Of a stretch of DNA of 64,000 nt, positions 28,201 to 42,400 are shown one piece after another. Each line of letters starts with the position of its first letter. Position 1 is the first letter of the stretch. Under the pieces are notes generated by a model. That model searched no databases, was not told where the DNA came from, and saw only the letters and a list, made by a program, of their open reading frames with translations. This stretch comes from the human T2T-CHM13v2.0 reference genome, Homo sapiens, in the NCBI RefSeq assembly GCF_009914755.1, contig NC_060926.1, one strand, 5' to 3'. The translations under genes and the position numbers were made by a program.

Positions 28201-31200
28201 TCATGATGTATCTACTCAGCTAACAGAGTTGAACCTTTTTTTTGAGAGAGTAGTTTTGAAACACTCTTTTTGTTCGATCTGCAGGTGGATATTTGTCTAG
28301 GTTTGAGGATTTCGTTGGAAACGGGATTACATATAAAAAACAGAGAGCAGCATTCCCAGAAACTTCTTTGTGATGTTTGCATTCAAGTCACAGAGTTGAA
28401 CATTCCCTTTCATAGAGCAGGTTTGAAACACTCTTTTTGTAGTATCTGGATGTGGACATTTGGAGCGCTCTCAGGCCTATGGTGAAATAGGAAATATCTT
28501 CCCCTGCAAACTAGACAGAAGCATTCTCAGAAACTTATTTGTGATGTGCGCCCTCAACTAACAATGTTGAACCTTTCTGTTGATAGAGTAGTTTTGAAAC
28601 ACTCTTTTTGTAAAATCTGCAAGAGGATATTTGGATAGCTTTGAGGATTTCGTTTGAAACGGGATTGTCTTCATATTAACCCTAGACAGTAGCATTCTCA
28701 GAAGGTTCATTGGGATGTTTCAATTGAAGTCACAGTGTTGAACAGTCACTTTCATAGAGCAGGTTTGAAACACTCTTTTTGTAGCATCTGGAAGTGGACA
28801 TTTGGAACGCTCTCAGGACTACGGTGAAAAAGGAAATATCTTCCAATAAAAGCTAGATAGAAGCAATGTCAGAAACTTTTTCATGATGTATCTACTCAGC
28901 TAAAAGAGTTGAAACTTTCTTTTGTGAGAGCAGTTTTGAAACACTATTTTTGTGGAATCTGCAAGTGGATATTTGTCTAGGTTTGAGGATTTCGTTGGAA
29001 ACGAGATTACATATAAAAACAGACAGCAGCATTCCCAGAAACTTCTTTGTGAAATTTGCATTCAAGTCACAGACTTGAACATTCCCTTTCATAGAGCAGG
29101 TTTGAAACACTCTTTTTGTAGTATCTGGATGTGGACATTTGGAGCGCTTTCAGGCCTATGGTGAAAAAGGAAATATCTTCCCCTGAAAACTATACAGAAG
29201 CATTCTCAGAAACTTATTTGTGATGTGCGCCCTCAACTAACAGTGTTGAACCTTTCTTTTGATAGAGCAGTTTTGAAACACTCTTTTTGTAAAATCTGCA
29301 AGAGGATATTTGGATAGCTTTGAGGATTTCGTTGGAAACGGGATTGTCTTCATATAGAATCTAGACAGAAGCATTCTCAGAAGCTTCATTCGGATGTTTC
29401 AATTGAAGTCACAGTGTTGAACAGTCCCTTTCATAGAGCATGTTTGAAACACTCTTTTTGTAGTATCTGGAAGTGGACATTTGGAGCGTTCTCAGGACTA
29501 CAGTGAAAAAGGAAATATCTTCCAATAAAAGCTAGATAGAAGCAATGTCAGAAAATTTTTCATGATGTATCTACTCAGCTAACAGAGTTGAACCTTTCTT
29601 TGGAGAGAGTAGTTTTGAAACACTCTTTTTGTGGAATCTGCAAGTGGATATTTGTCTAGTTTTGAGGATTGCGTTGGAAACGGTATTACATATAAAAAGC
29701 AGACAGCAGCATTCCCAGAAACTTCTTTGTGATATTTGCATTGAAGTCACAGACTTGAACATTCCGTTTCATAGAGCAGGTTTGAAACACTCTTTTTGTA
29801 GTATCTGGATGTGGACATTTGGAGCGCTTTCAGGCCTATGGTGAAAAAGGAAATATCTTCCTCTGAAAACTAGACAGAAGCATTCTCAGAAACTTATTTG
29901 TCATGTGCGCCCTCAACTAACAGTGTTGAACCTTTCTTTTGATAGAGCAGTTTTGATACACTCTTTTTGTAAAATCCGCAAGAGGATATTTGGATAGCTT
30001 TGAGGATTTCGTTGGAAACGGGATTGTCTTCATATAGAATCTAGACAGAATCATTCTCAGAAGCTTCATTGGGATGTTTCAATTGAAGTCACAGTGTTGA
30101 ACAGTCCCTTTCATAGAGCAGATTTGAAACACTCTTTTTGTAGTATCTGGAAGTGGACATTTGGAGCGCTCTCAGGACTACGGTGAAAAAGGAAATATCT
30201 TCCAAATAAAGCTAGATAGAAGCAACGTCAGAAAATTTCTCATGATGTATCTATTCAGCTAACAGAGTTGAACCTTTCTTTTGACAGAGCAGTTTTGAAA
30301 CACTCTTTTTGTGGAATCTGCAAGTGGATATTTGTCTAGCTTTGAGGATTTCGTTGGAAACGGGATTATATAAAAAGCAGACAGCAGCATTCCCAGAAAC
30401 TTCTTTGTGATATTTGCATTCAAGTCACAGACTTGAACATTCCCTTTCATAGAGCAGGTTTGAAACACTCTTTTTGTAGTATCTGGATGTGGACATTTGG
30501 AGCGCTTTCAGGCCTATGGTGAAAAAGGAAATATCTTCCCCTGAAAACTAGACAGAAGCATTCTCAGAAACTTATTTGTGATGTGCGCCCTCAACTAACA
30601 GTGTTGAAGCTTTCTTTTGATAGAGCAGTTTTGAAACACTCTTTTTGTAAAATCTGCAAGAGGATATTTGGATAGCTTTGAGGATTTCGTTGGAAACGGG
30701 ATTGTCTTCATATACAATCTAGACAGAAGCATTCTCAGAAGCTTCATTGGGATGTTTCAATTGAAGTCACAGTGTTGAACAGTCCCTTTCGTAGAGCAGG
30801 TTTGAAACACTCTTTTTGTAATATCTGGAAGTGGACATTTGGAGCGTTCTCAGGACTATGGTGAAAAAGGAAATATCTTCCAATAAAAGCTAGATAGAAG
30901 CAATGTCAGAAACTTTTTCATGATGTATCTACTCAGCTAACAGAGTTGAACCTTTCTTTTGAGAGAGCCGTTTTGAAACACTCTTTTTGTGGAATCTGCA
31001 AGTGGATATTTGTCTAGATTTGAGGATTTCGTTGGAAACGGGATTACATATAAAAAGCAGACAGCAGCATTCCCAGAAACTTCTTTGTGATGTTTGCATT
31101 CAAGTCACAGAGTTGAACATTCCCTTTCATAGAGCAGGTTTGAAACACTCTTTTTGTAGTATCTGGATGTGGACATTTGGAGCGCTTTCAGGCCTATGGT

Positions 31201-34200
31201 GAAAAAGGAAATATCTTCCCCTGAAAACTAGACAGAAGCATTCTCAGAAACTTATTTCTGATGTGCGCCCTCAACTAACAGTGTTAAACCTTTCTTTTGA
31301 TAGAGTAGTTTTGAAACACTCTTTGTAAAATCTGCAAGAGGATATTTTGATAGCTTTGAGGATTTCTTTGGAAACGGGATTGTCTTCATATAAAATCTAG
31401 ACAGAAGCATTCTCAGAAGCTTCATTGGGATGTTTCAATTGAAGTCACAGTGTTGAACAGTCCCTTTCATAGAGCAGGTTTGAAACACTCTTTTTGTAGT
31501 ATCTGGAAGTGGACATTTGGAGCGCTCTCAGGACTACGGTGAAAAAGGAAATATCTTCCAATAAAAGCTAGATAGAAGCAATGTCAGAAACTTTTTCATG
31601 ATGTATCTACTCAGCTAACAGAGTTGAACCTTTCTTTTGAGAGAGCAGTTTTGAAACACTCTTTTTTTGGAATCTGCAAGTGGATATTTGTCTAGCTTTG
31701 AGGATTTCGTTGGAAACGGGATTACATATAAAAAGCAGACAGCAGCATTCCCAGAAACTTCTTTGTGATGTTTGCATTCAAGTCACCGAGTTGAACATTC
31801 CCTTTCATAGAGCAGGTTTGAAACACTCTTTTTGTAGTATCTGGATGTGGACATTTGGAGCGCTTTCAGGTCTATGGTGAAAAAGGAAATATCTTCCACT
31901 GAAAACTAGACAGAAGTAGTCTCAGAAACTTATTTGTGATGTGCGCCCTCAACTAACAGTGTTGAAGCTTTCTTTTGATAGAGCAGTTTTGAAACATTCT
32001 TTTTGTAAAATCTGCAAGAGGATATTTGGATAGCTTTGAGGATTTCGTTGGAAACGGGATTGTCTTCATATTAACCCTAGACAGTAGCATTCTCAGAAGC
32101 TTCATTGGGATGTTTCAATTGAAGTCACAGTGTTGAACAGTCCCTTTCATAGAGCAGGTTTGAAAAACTCTTTTTGTAGCATCTGGAAGTGGACATTTGG
32201 AGCGTTCTCAGGACTACGGTGAAAAAGGAAATATCTTCCAATAAAAGCTAGATAGAAGCAATGTCAGAAACTTTTTCATGATGTATCTACTCACCTAAAA
32301 GAGTTGAAACTTTCTTTTGAGAGAGCAGTTTTGAAACACTATTTTTGTGGAATCTGCAAGTGGATATTTGTCTAGCTTTGAGGATTTCGTTGGAAACGGG
32401 ATTACATATAAAAAGCAGACAGCAGCATTCCCAGAAACTTCTTTGTGAAATTTGCATTCAAGTCACAGACTTGAACATTCCCTTTCATAGAGCAGGTTTG
32501 AAACAGTCTTTTTGTAGTATCTGGATGTGGACATTTGGAGCGCTTTCAGGCCTATGGTGAAAAAGGAAATATCTTCCCCTGTAAACTAGACAGAAGCATT
32601 CTCAGAAACTTATTTGAGATGTGCGCCCTCAACTAACAGTGTTGAACCTTTCTTTTGATAGAGCAGTTTTGAAACACTCTTTTGTAAAATCTGCAAGAGG
32701 ATATTTGGATAGCTTTGAGGATTTCGTTGGAAACGGGATTGTCTTCATATAGAATCTAGACAGAAGCATTCTCAGAAGCTTCATTGGGATGTTTCAATTG
32801 AAGTCACAGTGTTGAACAGTCCCTTTCATAGAGCAGGTTTGAAACACTCTTTTTGTAGTATCTGGAAGTGGACATTTGGAGCGTTCTCAGGACTACAGTG
32901 AAAAAGGAAATATCTTCCAATAAAAGCTAGATAGAAGCAATGTCAGAAAATTTTTCATGATGTATCTACTCAGCTAACAGAGTTGAACCTTTCTTTTGAG
33001 AGAGCAGGTTGGAAACACTCTTTTTGTGGAATCTGCAAGTGGATATTTGTCTAGCTTTGAGGATTGAGTTTGAAACGGGGTTACATATAAAAAGCAGACA
33101 GCAGCATTCCCAGAAAGTTCTTTGTGAAATTTGCATTCAAGTCACGGACTTGAACATTCCCTTTCATAGAGCAGGTTTGAAACACTCTTTTTGTAGTATC
33201 TGGATGTGGACATTTGGAGCGCTTTCAGGCCTATGATGAAAAAGGAAATATCTTCCCCTGAAAACTAGGCAGAAGCATTCTCAGAAACTTATTTGTGATG
33301 TGCGCCCTCAACTAACAGTGTTGAACCTTTCTTTTGATAGAGCAGTTTTGAAACACTCTTTTTGTAAAATCTACAAGAGGATATTTGGATAGCTTTGAGG
33401 ATTTCGTTGGAAACGGGATTGTCTTCATATAAACTCTAGACAGTAGCATTCTCAGAAGCTTCATTGGGATGTTTCAATTGAAGTCACAGTGTTGAACAGT
33501 CCCTTTCATAGAGCAGGTTTGAAACACTCTTTTTGTAGTATCTGGAAGTGGATATTTGAAGAGTTCTCAGGAACACGGTGAAAAAGGAAATATCTTCCAA
33601 TAAAAGCTAGATAGAAGCAATGTCAGAAAATTGTTCATGATGTATCTATTCAGCTAACAGAGTTGAACTTTTCTTTTGAGAGAGCAGTTTTGAAACACTC
33701 TTTTTGTGGAATCTGCAAGTGGATATTTGTCTAGCTTTGAGGATTTCGTTGGAAACGGGATTACATATAAAAAGCAGACAGCAGCATTCCCAGAAACTTC
33801 TTTGTGATGTTTGCATTCAAGTCACAGAGTTGAACATTCCCTTTCATAGAGCAGGTTTGAAACACTCTTTTTGTAGTATCAGGATTTGGACATTTGGAGC
33901 CCTGTCAGGCCTATGGTGAAAAAGGAAATATCTTCCACTGAAAACTAGACAGAAGTATTCTCAGAAACTTATTTGTGATGTGCGCCCTCAACTAACAGTG
34001 TTGAAGCTTTCTTTTGATAGAGCAGTTTTGAAACATTCTTTTTGTAAAATCTGCAAGAGGATATTTGGATAGCTTTGAGGATTTCGTTGGAAACGGGATT
34101 GTCTTCATATTAACCCTAGACAGTAGCATTCTCAGAAGCTTCATTGGGATGTTTCAATTGAAGTCACAGTGTTGAACATTCCCTTTCATAGAGCAGGTTT

Positions 34201-35743
34201 GAAACACTCTTTTTGTAGTATCTGGAAGTGGACATTTGGAGCGTTCTCAGGACTACGGTGCAAAAGGAAATATCTTCCAATAAAAGCTAGATAGAAGCAA
34301 TATCAGAAACTTTTTCATGATGTATCTACTCAGCTAAAAGAGTTGAACCTTTCTTTTGCGAGAGCAGTTTTGAAACACTCTTTTTGTGGAATCTGCAAGT
34401 GGATATTTGTCTAGCTTTGAGGATTGCGTTGGAAACGGGATTACATATAAAAAGCAGACAGCAGCATTCCCAGAAAGTTCTTTGTGAAATTTGCATTCAA
34501 GTCACGGACTTGAACATTCCCTTTCATAGAGCAGGTTTGAAACACTCTTTTTGTAGTATCTGGATGTGGACATTTGGAGCGCTTTCAGGCCTATGATGAA
34601 AAAGGAAATATCTTCCCCTGAAAACTAGGCAGAAGCATTCTCAGAAACTTATTTGTGATGTGCGCCCTCAACTAACAGTGTTGAACCTTTCTTTTGAAAG
34701 AGCAGTTTTGAAACACTCTTTTTGTAAAATCTGCAATAGGATATTTGGATAGTTTTGAGGATTTCTTTGGAAACGGGATTGTCTTCATATAGAATCTAGA
34801 CAGAAGCATTCTCAGAAGCTTCATTGGGATGTTTCAATTGAAGTCACAGTGTTGAACAGTCCCTTTCATAGAGCAGGTTTGAAACACTGTTTTTGTAGTA
34901 TCTGGAGGTGGACATTTGGAGCGTTCTCAGGACTACAGTGGAAAAGGAAATATCTTCCAATAAAAGCTAGATAGAAGCAATGTCAGAAAATTTTTCATGA
35001 TGTATCTACTCAGCTAACAGAGTTGAACCTTTCTTTTGAGAGAGCAGTTTTGAAACACAATTTTTGTGGAATCTGCAAGTGGATATTTGTCTAGGTTTGA
35101 GGATTGCGTTTGAAACGGGATTATATATAAAAAGCAGACAGCAGCATTCCCAGAAACTTCTTGGTGATATTTGCATTCAAGTCACAGACTTGAACATTCC
35201 CTTTCATAGAGCAGGTTTGAAACACTCTTTTTGTAGTATCTGGATGTGGACATTTGGAGCGCTTTCAGGCCTATGGTGAAAAAGGAAATATCTTCCCCTG
35301 AAAGCTAGACAGAAGCATTCTCAGAAACATATTTGTGATGTGCGCCCTCAACTAACAGTGTTAAACCTTTCTATTGATAGAGTAGTTTTGAGACACTCTT
35401 TTTGTAAAATCTGCAAGAGGATATTTGGATAGCTTTGAGGATTTCTTTGGAAACGGGATTGTCTTCATATAAAATCTAGACAGAAGCATTCTCAGAAGCT
35501 TCATTGGGATGTTTCAATTGAAGTCACAGTGTTGAAAAGTCCCTTTCATAGAGCAGGTTTGAAACACTCTTTTTGTAGTATCTGGAAGTGGACATTTGGA
35601 GCGTTCTCAGGACTACGGTGAAAAAGGAAATATCTTCCAATAAAAGCTAGATAGAAGCAATGTCAGAAAATTTTTCATGATGTATCTACTCAGCTAACAG
35701 AGTTGAACCTTTCTTTTGAGAGAGCAGTTTTGAAACACTCTTT

Positions 35744-36765
35744 TTGTGGAATCTGCAAGTGGATATTTGTCTAGCTTTGAGGATTTCGTTGGAAACGGGA
35801 TTACGTATAAAAAGCAGACAGCAGCATTCCCAGAAACTTCTTTGTGATGTTTGCATTGAAGTCACAGAGTTGAACATTCCCTTTCATAGAGCAGGTTTGA
35901 AACACTCTTTTTGTAGTATCTGTATTTGGACATTTGGAGCGCTTTCAGGCCTATGGTGAAAAAGGAAATATCTTCCACTGAAAACTAGACAGAAGTAGTC
36001 TCAGAAACTTATTTGTGATGTGCGCCCTCAACTAACAGTGTTGAAGCTTTCTTTTGATAGAGCAGTTTTGAAACATTCTTTTTGTAAAATCTGCAAGAGG
36101 ATATTTGGATAGCTTTGAGGATTTCGTTGGAAACGGGATTGTCTTCATATTAACCCTAGACAGTAGCATTCTCAGAAGCTTCATTAGGATGTTTCAATTG
36201 AAGTCACAGTGTTGAACATTCCTTTTCATAGAGCAGGTTTGAAACACTCTTTTTGTAGTATCTGGAAGTGGACATTTGGAGCGCTTTCAGGCCTATGGTG
36301 AAAAAGGAAATATTTTCCACTGAAAACTAGACAGAAGTAGTCTCAGAAACTTATTTGTGATGTGCGCCCTCAACTAACAGTGTTGAAGCTTTCTTTTGAT
36401 AGAGCAGTTTTGAAACATTCTTTTTGTAAAATCTGCAAGAGGATATTTGGATAGCTTTGAGGATTTCGTTGGAAACGGGATTGTCTTCATATTAACCCTA
36501 GACATTAGCATTCTCAGAAGCTTCATTGGGATGTTTCAATTGAAGTCACAGTGTAGAACAGTCCCTTTCATAGAGCAGGTTTGAAACAGTCTTTTTGTAG
36601 CATCTGGAAGTGGACATTTGGAGCGTTCTCAGGACTACGGTGAAAAAGGAAATATCTTCCAATAAAAGCTAGAGAGAAGCAATGTCAGAAACTTTTTCAG
36701 GATGTATCTACTCAGCTAAAAGAGTTGAAACTTTCTTTTGAGAGAGGAGTTTTGAAACACTATTT
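35744..36765 (+). repeat. Extended 6-mer HOR variant (1022 bp) with a local 342-bp dimer duplication
   Basis: HOR step 35744 to 36766 = 680+342. Both dimer copies carry ccactgaaaactagacagaagtagtctcag, aaacattctt and attaaccctag. Confidence 0.92.
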
Positions 36766-39479
36766 TTGTGGAATCTGCAAGTGGATATTTGTCTAGCTTT
36801 GAGGATTTCGTTGGAAACGGGATTACATATAAAAAGCAGACAGCAGCATTCCCAGAAAGTTCTTTGTGAAATTTGCATTCAAGTCACAGAGTTGAACATT
36901 CCGTTTCATAGACCAGGTTTGAAACACTCTTTTTGTAGTATCTGGATGTGGACATTTGGAGCGCTTTCAGGCCTATGGTGGAAAAGGAAATATCTTCCAC
37001 TGAAAACTAGACAGAAGCATTCTCAGAAACTTATTTGTGATGTGCGCCCTCAACTAACAGTGTTGAAGCTTTCTTTTGATAGAGCAGTTTTGAAACACTC
37101 TTTTGTAAAATCTGCAAGAGGATATTTGGATAGCTTTGAGGATTTCGTTGGAAACGGGATTGTCTTCATATAGAATCTAGACAGAAGCATTCTCAGAAGC
37201 TTCATTGGGATGTTTCAATTGAAGTCACAGTGTTGAACAGTCCCTTTCATAGAGCAGGTTTGAAACACTCTTTTTGTAGTATCTGGAAGTGGACATTTGG
37301 AGCGTTCTCAGGACTGCAGTGAAAAAGGAAATATCTTCCAATAAAAGCTAGATAGAAGCAATGTCAGAAAATTTTTCATGATGTATCTACTCAGCTAACA
37401 GAGTTGAAACTTTGTTTTGAGAGAGCAGTTTTGAAACACTCTTTTTGTGGAATCTGCAAGTGGATATTTGTCTAGCTTTGAGGATTTCGTTGGAAACGGG
37501 ATTACATATAAAAAGCAGACAGCAGCATTCCCAGAAACTTCTTTGTGATATTTGCATTCAAGTCACGGACTTGAACATTCCCTTTCATAGAGCAGGTTTG
37601 AAACACTCTTTTTGTAGTATCTGGATGTGGACATTTGGAGCGCTTTCAGGCCTATGGTGAAAAAGGAAATATCTTCCCCTGAAAACTAGACAGAAGCATT
37701 CTCAGAAACTTATTTGTGATGTGCGCCCTCAACTAACACTGTTGAAGCTTTCTTTTGATAGAGCAGTTTTGAAACACTCTTTTTGTAAAATCTGCAAGAG
37801 GATATTTGCATAGCTTTGAGGATTTCGTTGGAAACGGGATTGTCTTCATCTAAAATCTAGACAAAAGCATTCTCAGAAGCTTCATTGGGATGTTTCAATT
37901 GAAGTCACAGTGTTGAACAGTCCCTTTCATAGAGCAGGTTTGAAACACTCTTTTTGTAGTATCTGGAAGTGGACATTTGGAGCGTTCTCCGGACTACGGT
38001 GAAAAAGGAAATATCTTCCAATAAAAGCTAGATAGAAGAAATGTCAGAAAATTTTTCAAGATGTATCTACTCAGCTAACAGAGTTGAACCTTTCTTTTGA
38101 GAGAACCGTTTTGAAACACTCTTTTTGTGGAATCTGCAAGTGGATATTTGTCTAGCTTTGAGGATTGCGTTGGAAACGGGATTACATATAAAAAGTAGAC
38201 AGCAGCATTCCCAGAAACTTCTTTGTGATGTTTGCATTCAAGTCACAGAGTTGAACATTCCCTTTCATAGAGCAGGTTTGAAACACTCTTTTTGTAGTAT
38301 CTGGATGTGGACATTTGGAGCGCTTTCAGGCCTATGGTGAAAAAGGAAATATCTTCCACTGAAAACTAGACAGAAGTAGTTTCAGAAACTTATTTGTGAT
38401 GTGCGCCCTCAACTAACAGTGTTGAAGCTTTCTTTTGATAGAGCAGTTTTGAAACACTCTTTTTGTAAAATCTGCAAGAGGATATTTGGATAGATTTGAG
38501 GATTTCGTTGGAAACGGGATTGTCTTCATATTAACCCTAGACAGTAGCATTCTCAGAAGCTTCATTGGGATGTTTCAATTGAAGTCACAGTGTTGAACAG
38601 TCCCTTTCATAGAGCAGGTTTGAAACACTGTTTTTGTAGCATCTGGAAGTGGACATTTGGAGCGTTCTCAGGACTACGGTGAAAAAGGAAATATCTTCCA
38701 ATAAAAGCTAGATAGAAGCAATGTCAGAAACTTTTTCATGATGTATCTACTCAGCTAAAAGAGTTGAACCTTTCTTTTGAGAGAGCAGTTTTGAAACACT
38801 CTTTTTGTGGAGTCTGCAAGTGGATATTTGTCTAGCTTTGAGGATATCGTTGGAAACGGGATTACATATAAAAAGCAGACAGCAGCATTCCCAGAAAGTT
38901 CTTTGTGAAATTTGCATTCCAGTCACAGACTTGAACATTCCCTTTCATAGAGCAGGTTTGAAACACTCTTTTTGTAGTGTCTGGATGTGGACATTTGGAG
39001 CGCTTTCAGGCCTATGGTGAAAAAGGAAATATCTTCCCCTGAAAACTAGACAGAAGCATTCTCAGAAACTTATTTGTGATGTGCGCCCTCAACTAACAGT
39101 GTTGAACCTTTCTTTTGAAAGAGCAGTTTTGAAACACTCTTTTTGTAAAATCTGCAAGAGGATATTTGGATAGCTTTGAGGATTTCGTTGGAAACGGGAT
39201 TGTCTTCATATAAACTCTAGACAGAAGCATTCTCAGAAGCTTCATTGGGATGTTTCAATTGAAGTCACAGTGTTGAACAGTCCCTTTCATAGAGCAGGTT
39301 TGAAACACTCTTTTTGTAGTATCTGGAAGTGGACATTTGGAGCGCTCTCAGGACTACAGTGGAAAAGGAAATATCTTCCAATAAAAGCTAGATAGAAGCA
39401 ATGTCAGAAAATTTTTCATGATGTATCTACTCAGCTAACAGAGTTGAACCTTTCTTTTGAGAGAGCAGTTTTGAAACAC

Positions 39480-42400
39480 TCTTTGTGTGGAATCTGCAAG
39501 TGGATATTTGTCTAGGTTTGAGGATTGCGTATGAAACGGGATTACATATAAAAAGCAGACAGCAGCATTCTCAGAAACTTCTTGGTGATATTTGCATTCA
39601 AGTCACAGACTTGAACATTCCCTTTCATAGAGCAGGTTTGAAACACTCTTTTTGTAGTATCTGGATGTGGACATTTGGAGCGCTTTCAGGCCTATGGTGA
39701 AAAAGGAAATATCTTCCCCTGAAAGCTAGACAGAAGCATTCTCAGAAACTTATTTGTGATGTGCTCCCACAACTAACAGTGTTAAACCTTTCTATTGATA
39801 GAGTAGTTTTGAAACACTCTTTTTGTAAAATCTGCAAGAGGATATTTGGATAGCTTTGAGGATTTCGTTGGAAACGGGATTGTCTTCATCTAAAATCTAG
39901 ACAGAAGCATTCTCAGAAGCTTCATTGGGATGTTTCAATTGAAGTCACAGTGTTGAACAGTCCCTTTCATAGAGCAGGTTTGAAACACTCTTTTTGTAGT
40001 ATCTGGAAGTGGACATTTGGAGCACTCTCAGGACTACGGTGAAAAGGGAATTATCTTCCAATAAAAGCTAGATAGAAGCAATGTCAGAAACTTTTTCATG
40101 ACGTATCTACTCAGCTAACAGAGTTGAACCTTTCTTTTGAGAGAGCAGTTTTGAAACACTCTTTTTGTGGAATGTGCAAGTGGATATTTGTCTAGCTTTG
40201 AGGATTTCGTTGGAAACGGGATTACATATAAAAGGCAGACAGCAGCATTCCCAAAAACTTCTTTGTGATGTTTGCATTCAAGTCCCAGAGTTGAACATTC
40301 CCTTTCATAGAGCAGGTTTGAAACACTCTTTTTGTAGTATCTGGATGTGGACATTTGGAGCACTTTCAGGCCTATGGTGAAAAAGGAAATATCTTCCTCT
40401 GAAAACTAGACAGAAGCATTCCCAGAATCTTATTTGTGATGTGCGCACTGAACTAACAGTGTTGAAGCTTTCTTTTGATAGAGCAGTTTTGAAACACTCT
40501 TTTTGTAAAATCTGCAAGAGGATATTTGGATAGCTTTGAGGATTTCGTTGGAAACGGGATTGTCTTCATATAAACTCTAGACAGAAGCATTCTCAGAAGC
40601 TTCATTGGGATGTTTCAATTGAAGTCACAGTGTTGAACAGTCCCTTTCATAGAGCATGTTTGAAACAATCTTTTTGTAGTATCTGGAAGTGGACATTTGG
40701 AGCGTTCTCAGGACTACGGTGAAAAAGGAAATATCTTCCAAATAAAGCTAGAAAGAAGCAATGTCAGAAAATTTTTCATGATGTTTCTACTCAGCTAAAA
40801 GAGTTGAACCTTCCTTTTGAGAGAGCAGTTTTGAAACACTCTTTTTGTGGAATCTGCAAGTGGATATTTGTCTAGCTTTGAGGATTTCGTTGGAAACGGG
40901 ATTACATATAAAAAGCAGACAGCAGCATTCCCAGAAACTTCTTTGTGATGTTTGCATTCAAGTCACAGAGTTGAACATTCCCTTTCATAGAGCAGGTTTG
41001 AAACACTCTTTTTGTAGTATCTGGATGTGGACATTTGGAGCGCTTTCAGGCCTATGGTGAAAAAGGAAATATCTTCCCCTGAAAACTAGATAGAAGCACT
41101 CTCAGAAACTTATTTGTGATGTGCGCCCTCAACTAAAAGTGTTGAACTTTTCTTTTGATAGAGCAGTTTTGAAACACTCTTTTTGTAAAATCTGCAAGAG
41201 GATATTTGGATAGGTTTGAGGATTTCGTTGGAAACGGGATTGTCTTCATATAAACTCTAGACAGAAGCATTCTCAGAAGCTTCATTGGGATGTTTCAATT
41301 GAAGTCACAGTGTTGAACAGTCCCTTTCATAGAGCAGGTTTGAAAAACTCATTTTGTAGTATCTGGAAGTGGACATTTGGAGCGCTCTCAGGACTACGGT
41401 GAAAAAAGAAATATCTTCCAATAAAAGCTAGATAGAAGCAATGTCAGAAACTTTTCATGAAGTATCTACTCAGCTAACAGAGTTGAACATTTTTTTTGAG
41501 AGAGCAGTTTTGAAATACGCTTTTTGTGGAATCTGCAGGTGGATATTTGTCTAGCTTTCAGGATTTCGTTGGAAACGGGATTACATATAAAAAGCAGACA
41601 GCAGCATTCCCAGAAAGTTCTTTGTGATGTTTGCATTCAAGTCACAGAGTTGAACATTCCCTTTCATAGAGCAGGTTTGAAACACTCTTTTTGTAGTATC
41701 TGGATGTGGACATTTGGAGCGCTTTCAGGCCTATGGTGAAAAAGGAAATATCTTCCCCTGAAAACTAGACAGAAGCATTCTCAGAAACTTATTTGTGATG
41801 TGCGCCCTCAACTAACAGTGTTAAACCTTTCTTTTGATGGAGTAGTTTTGAAACACTCTTTTTGTAAAATCTGCAAGAGGATATTTGGATAGCTTTGAGG
41901 ATTTTGTTGGAAACGGGATTGTCTTCATATAAACTCTAGACAGAAGCATTCTCAGAAGCTTCATTGGGATGTTTCAATTGAAGTCACAGTGTTGAACAGT
42001 CCCTTTCATAGAGCAGGTTTGAAACACTCTTTTTGTAGTATCTGGACGTGGACATTTGGAGAGTTCTCAGGAACACGGTGAAAAAGGAAATATCTTCCAA
42101 TAAAAGCTAGATAGAAGCAATGTCAGAAAATTGTTCATGATGTATCTACTCAGCTAACAGAATTGAACCTTTCTTTTGAGAGAGCAGTTTTGAAACACTC
42201 TTTTTGTGGAATCTGCAAGTGGATATTTGACTAGCTTTGAGGATTTCGTTGGAAACGGGATTACGTATAAAAAGCAGACAGCAGCATTCCCAGAAACTTC
42301 TTTGTGATGTTTGTATTCAAGTCACAGAGTTGAACATTCCCTTTCATAGAGCAGGTTTGAAACACTCTTTTTGTAGTATCTGGATGTGGACATTTGGAGC

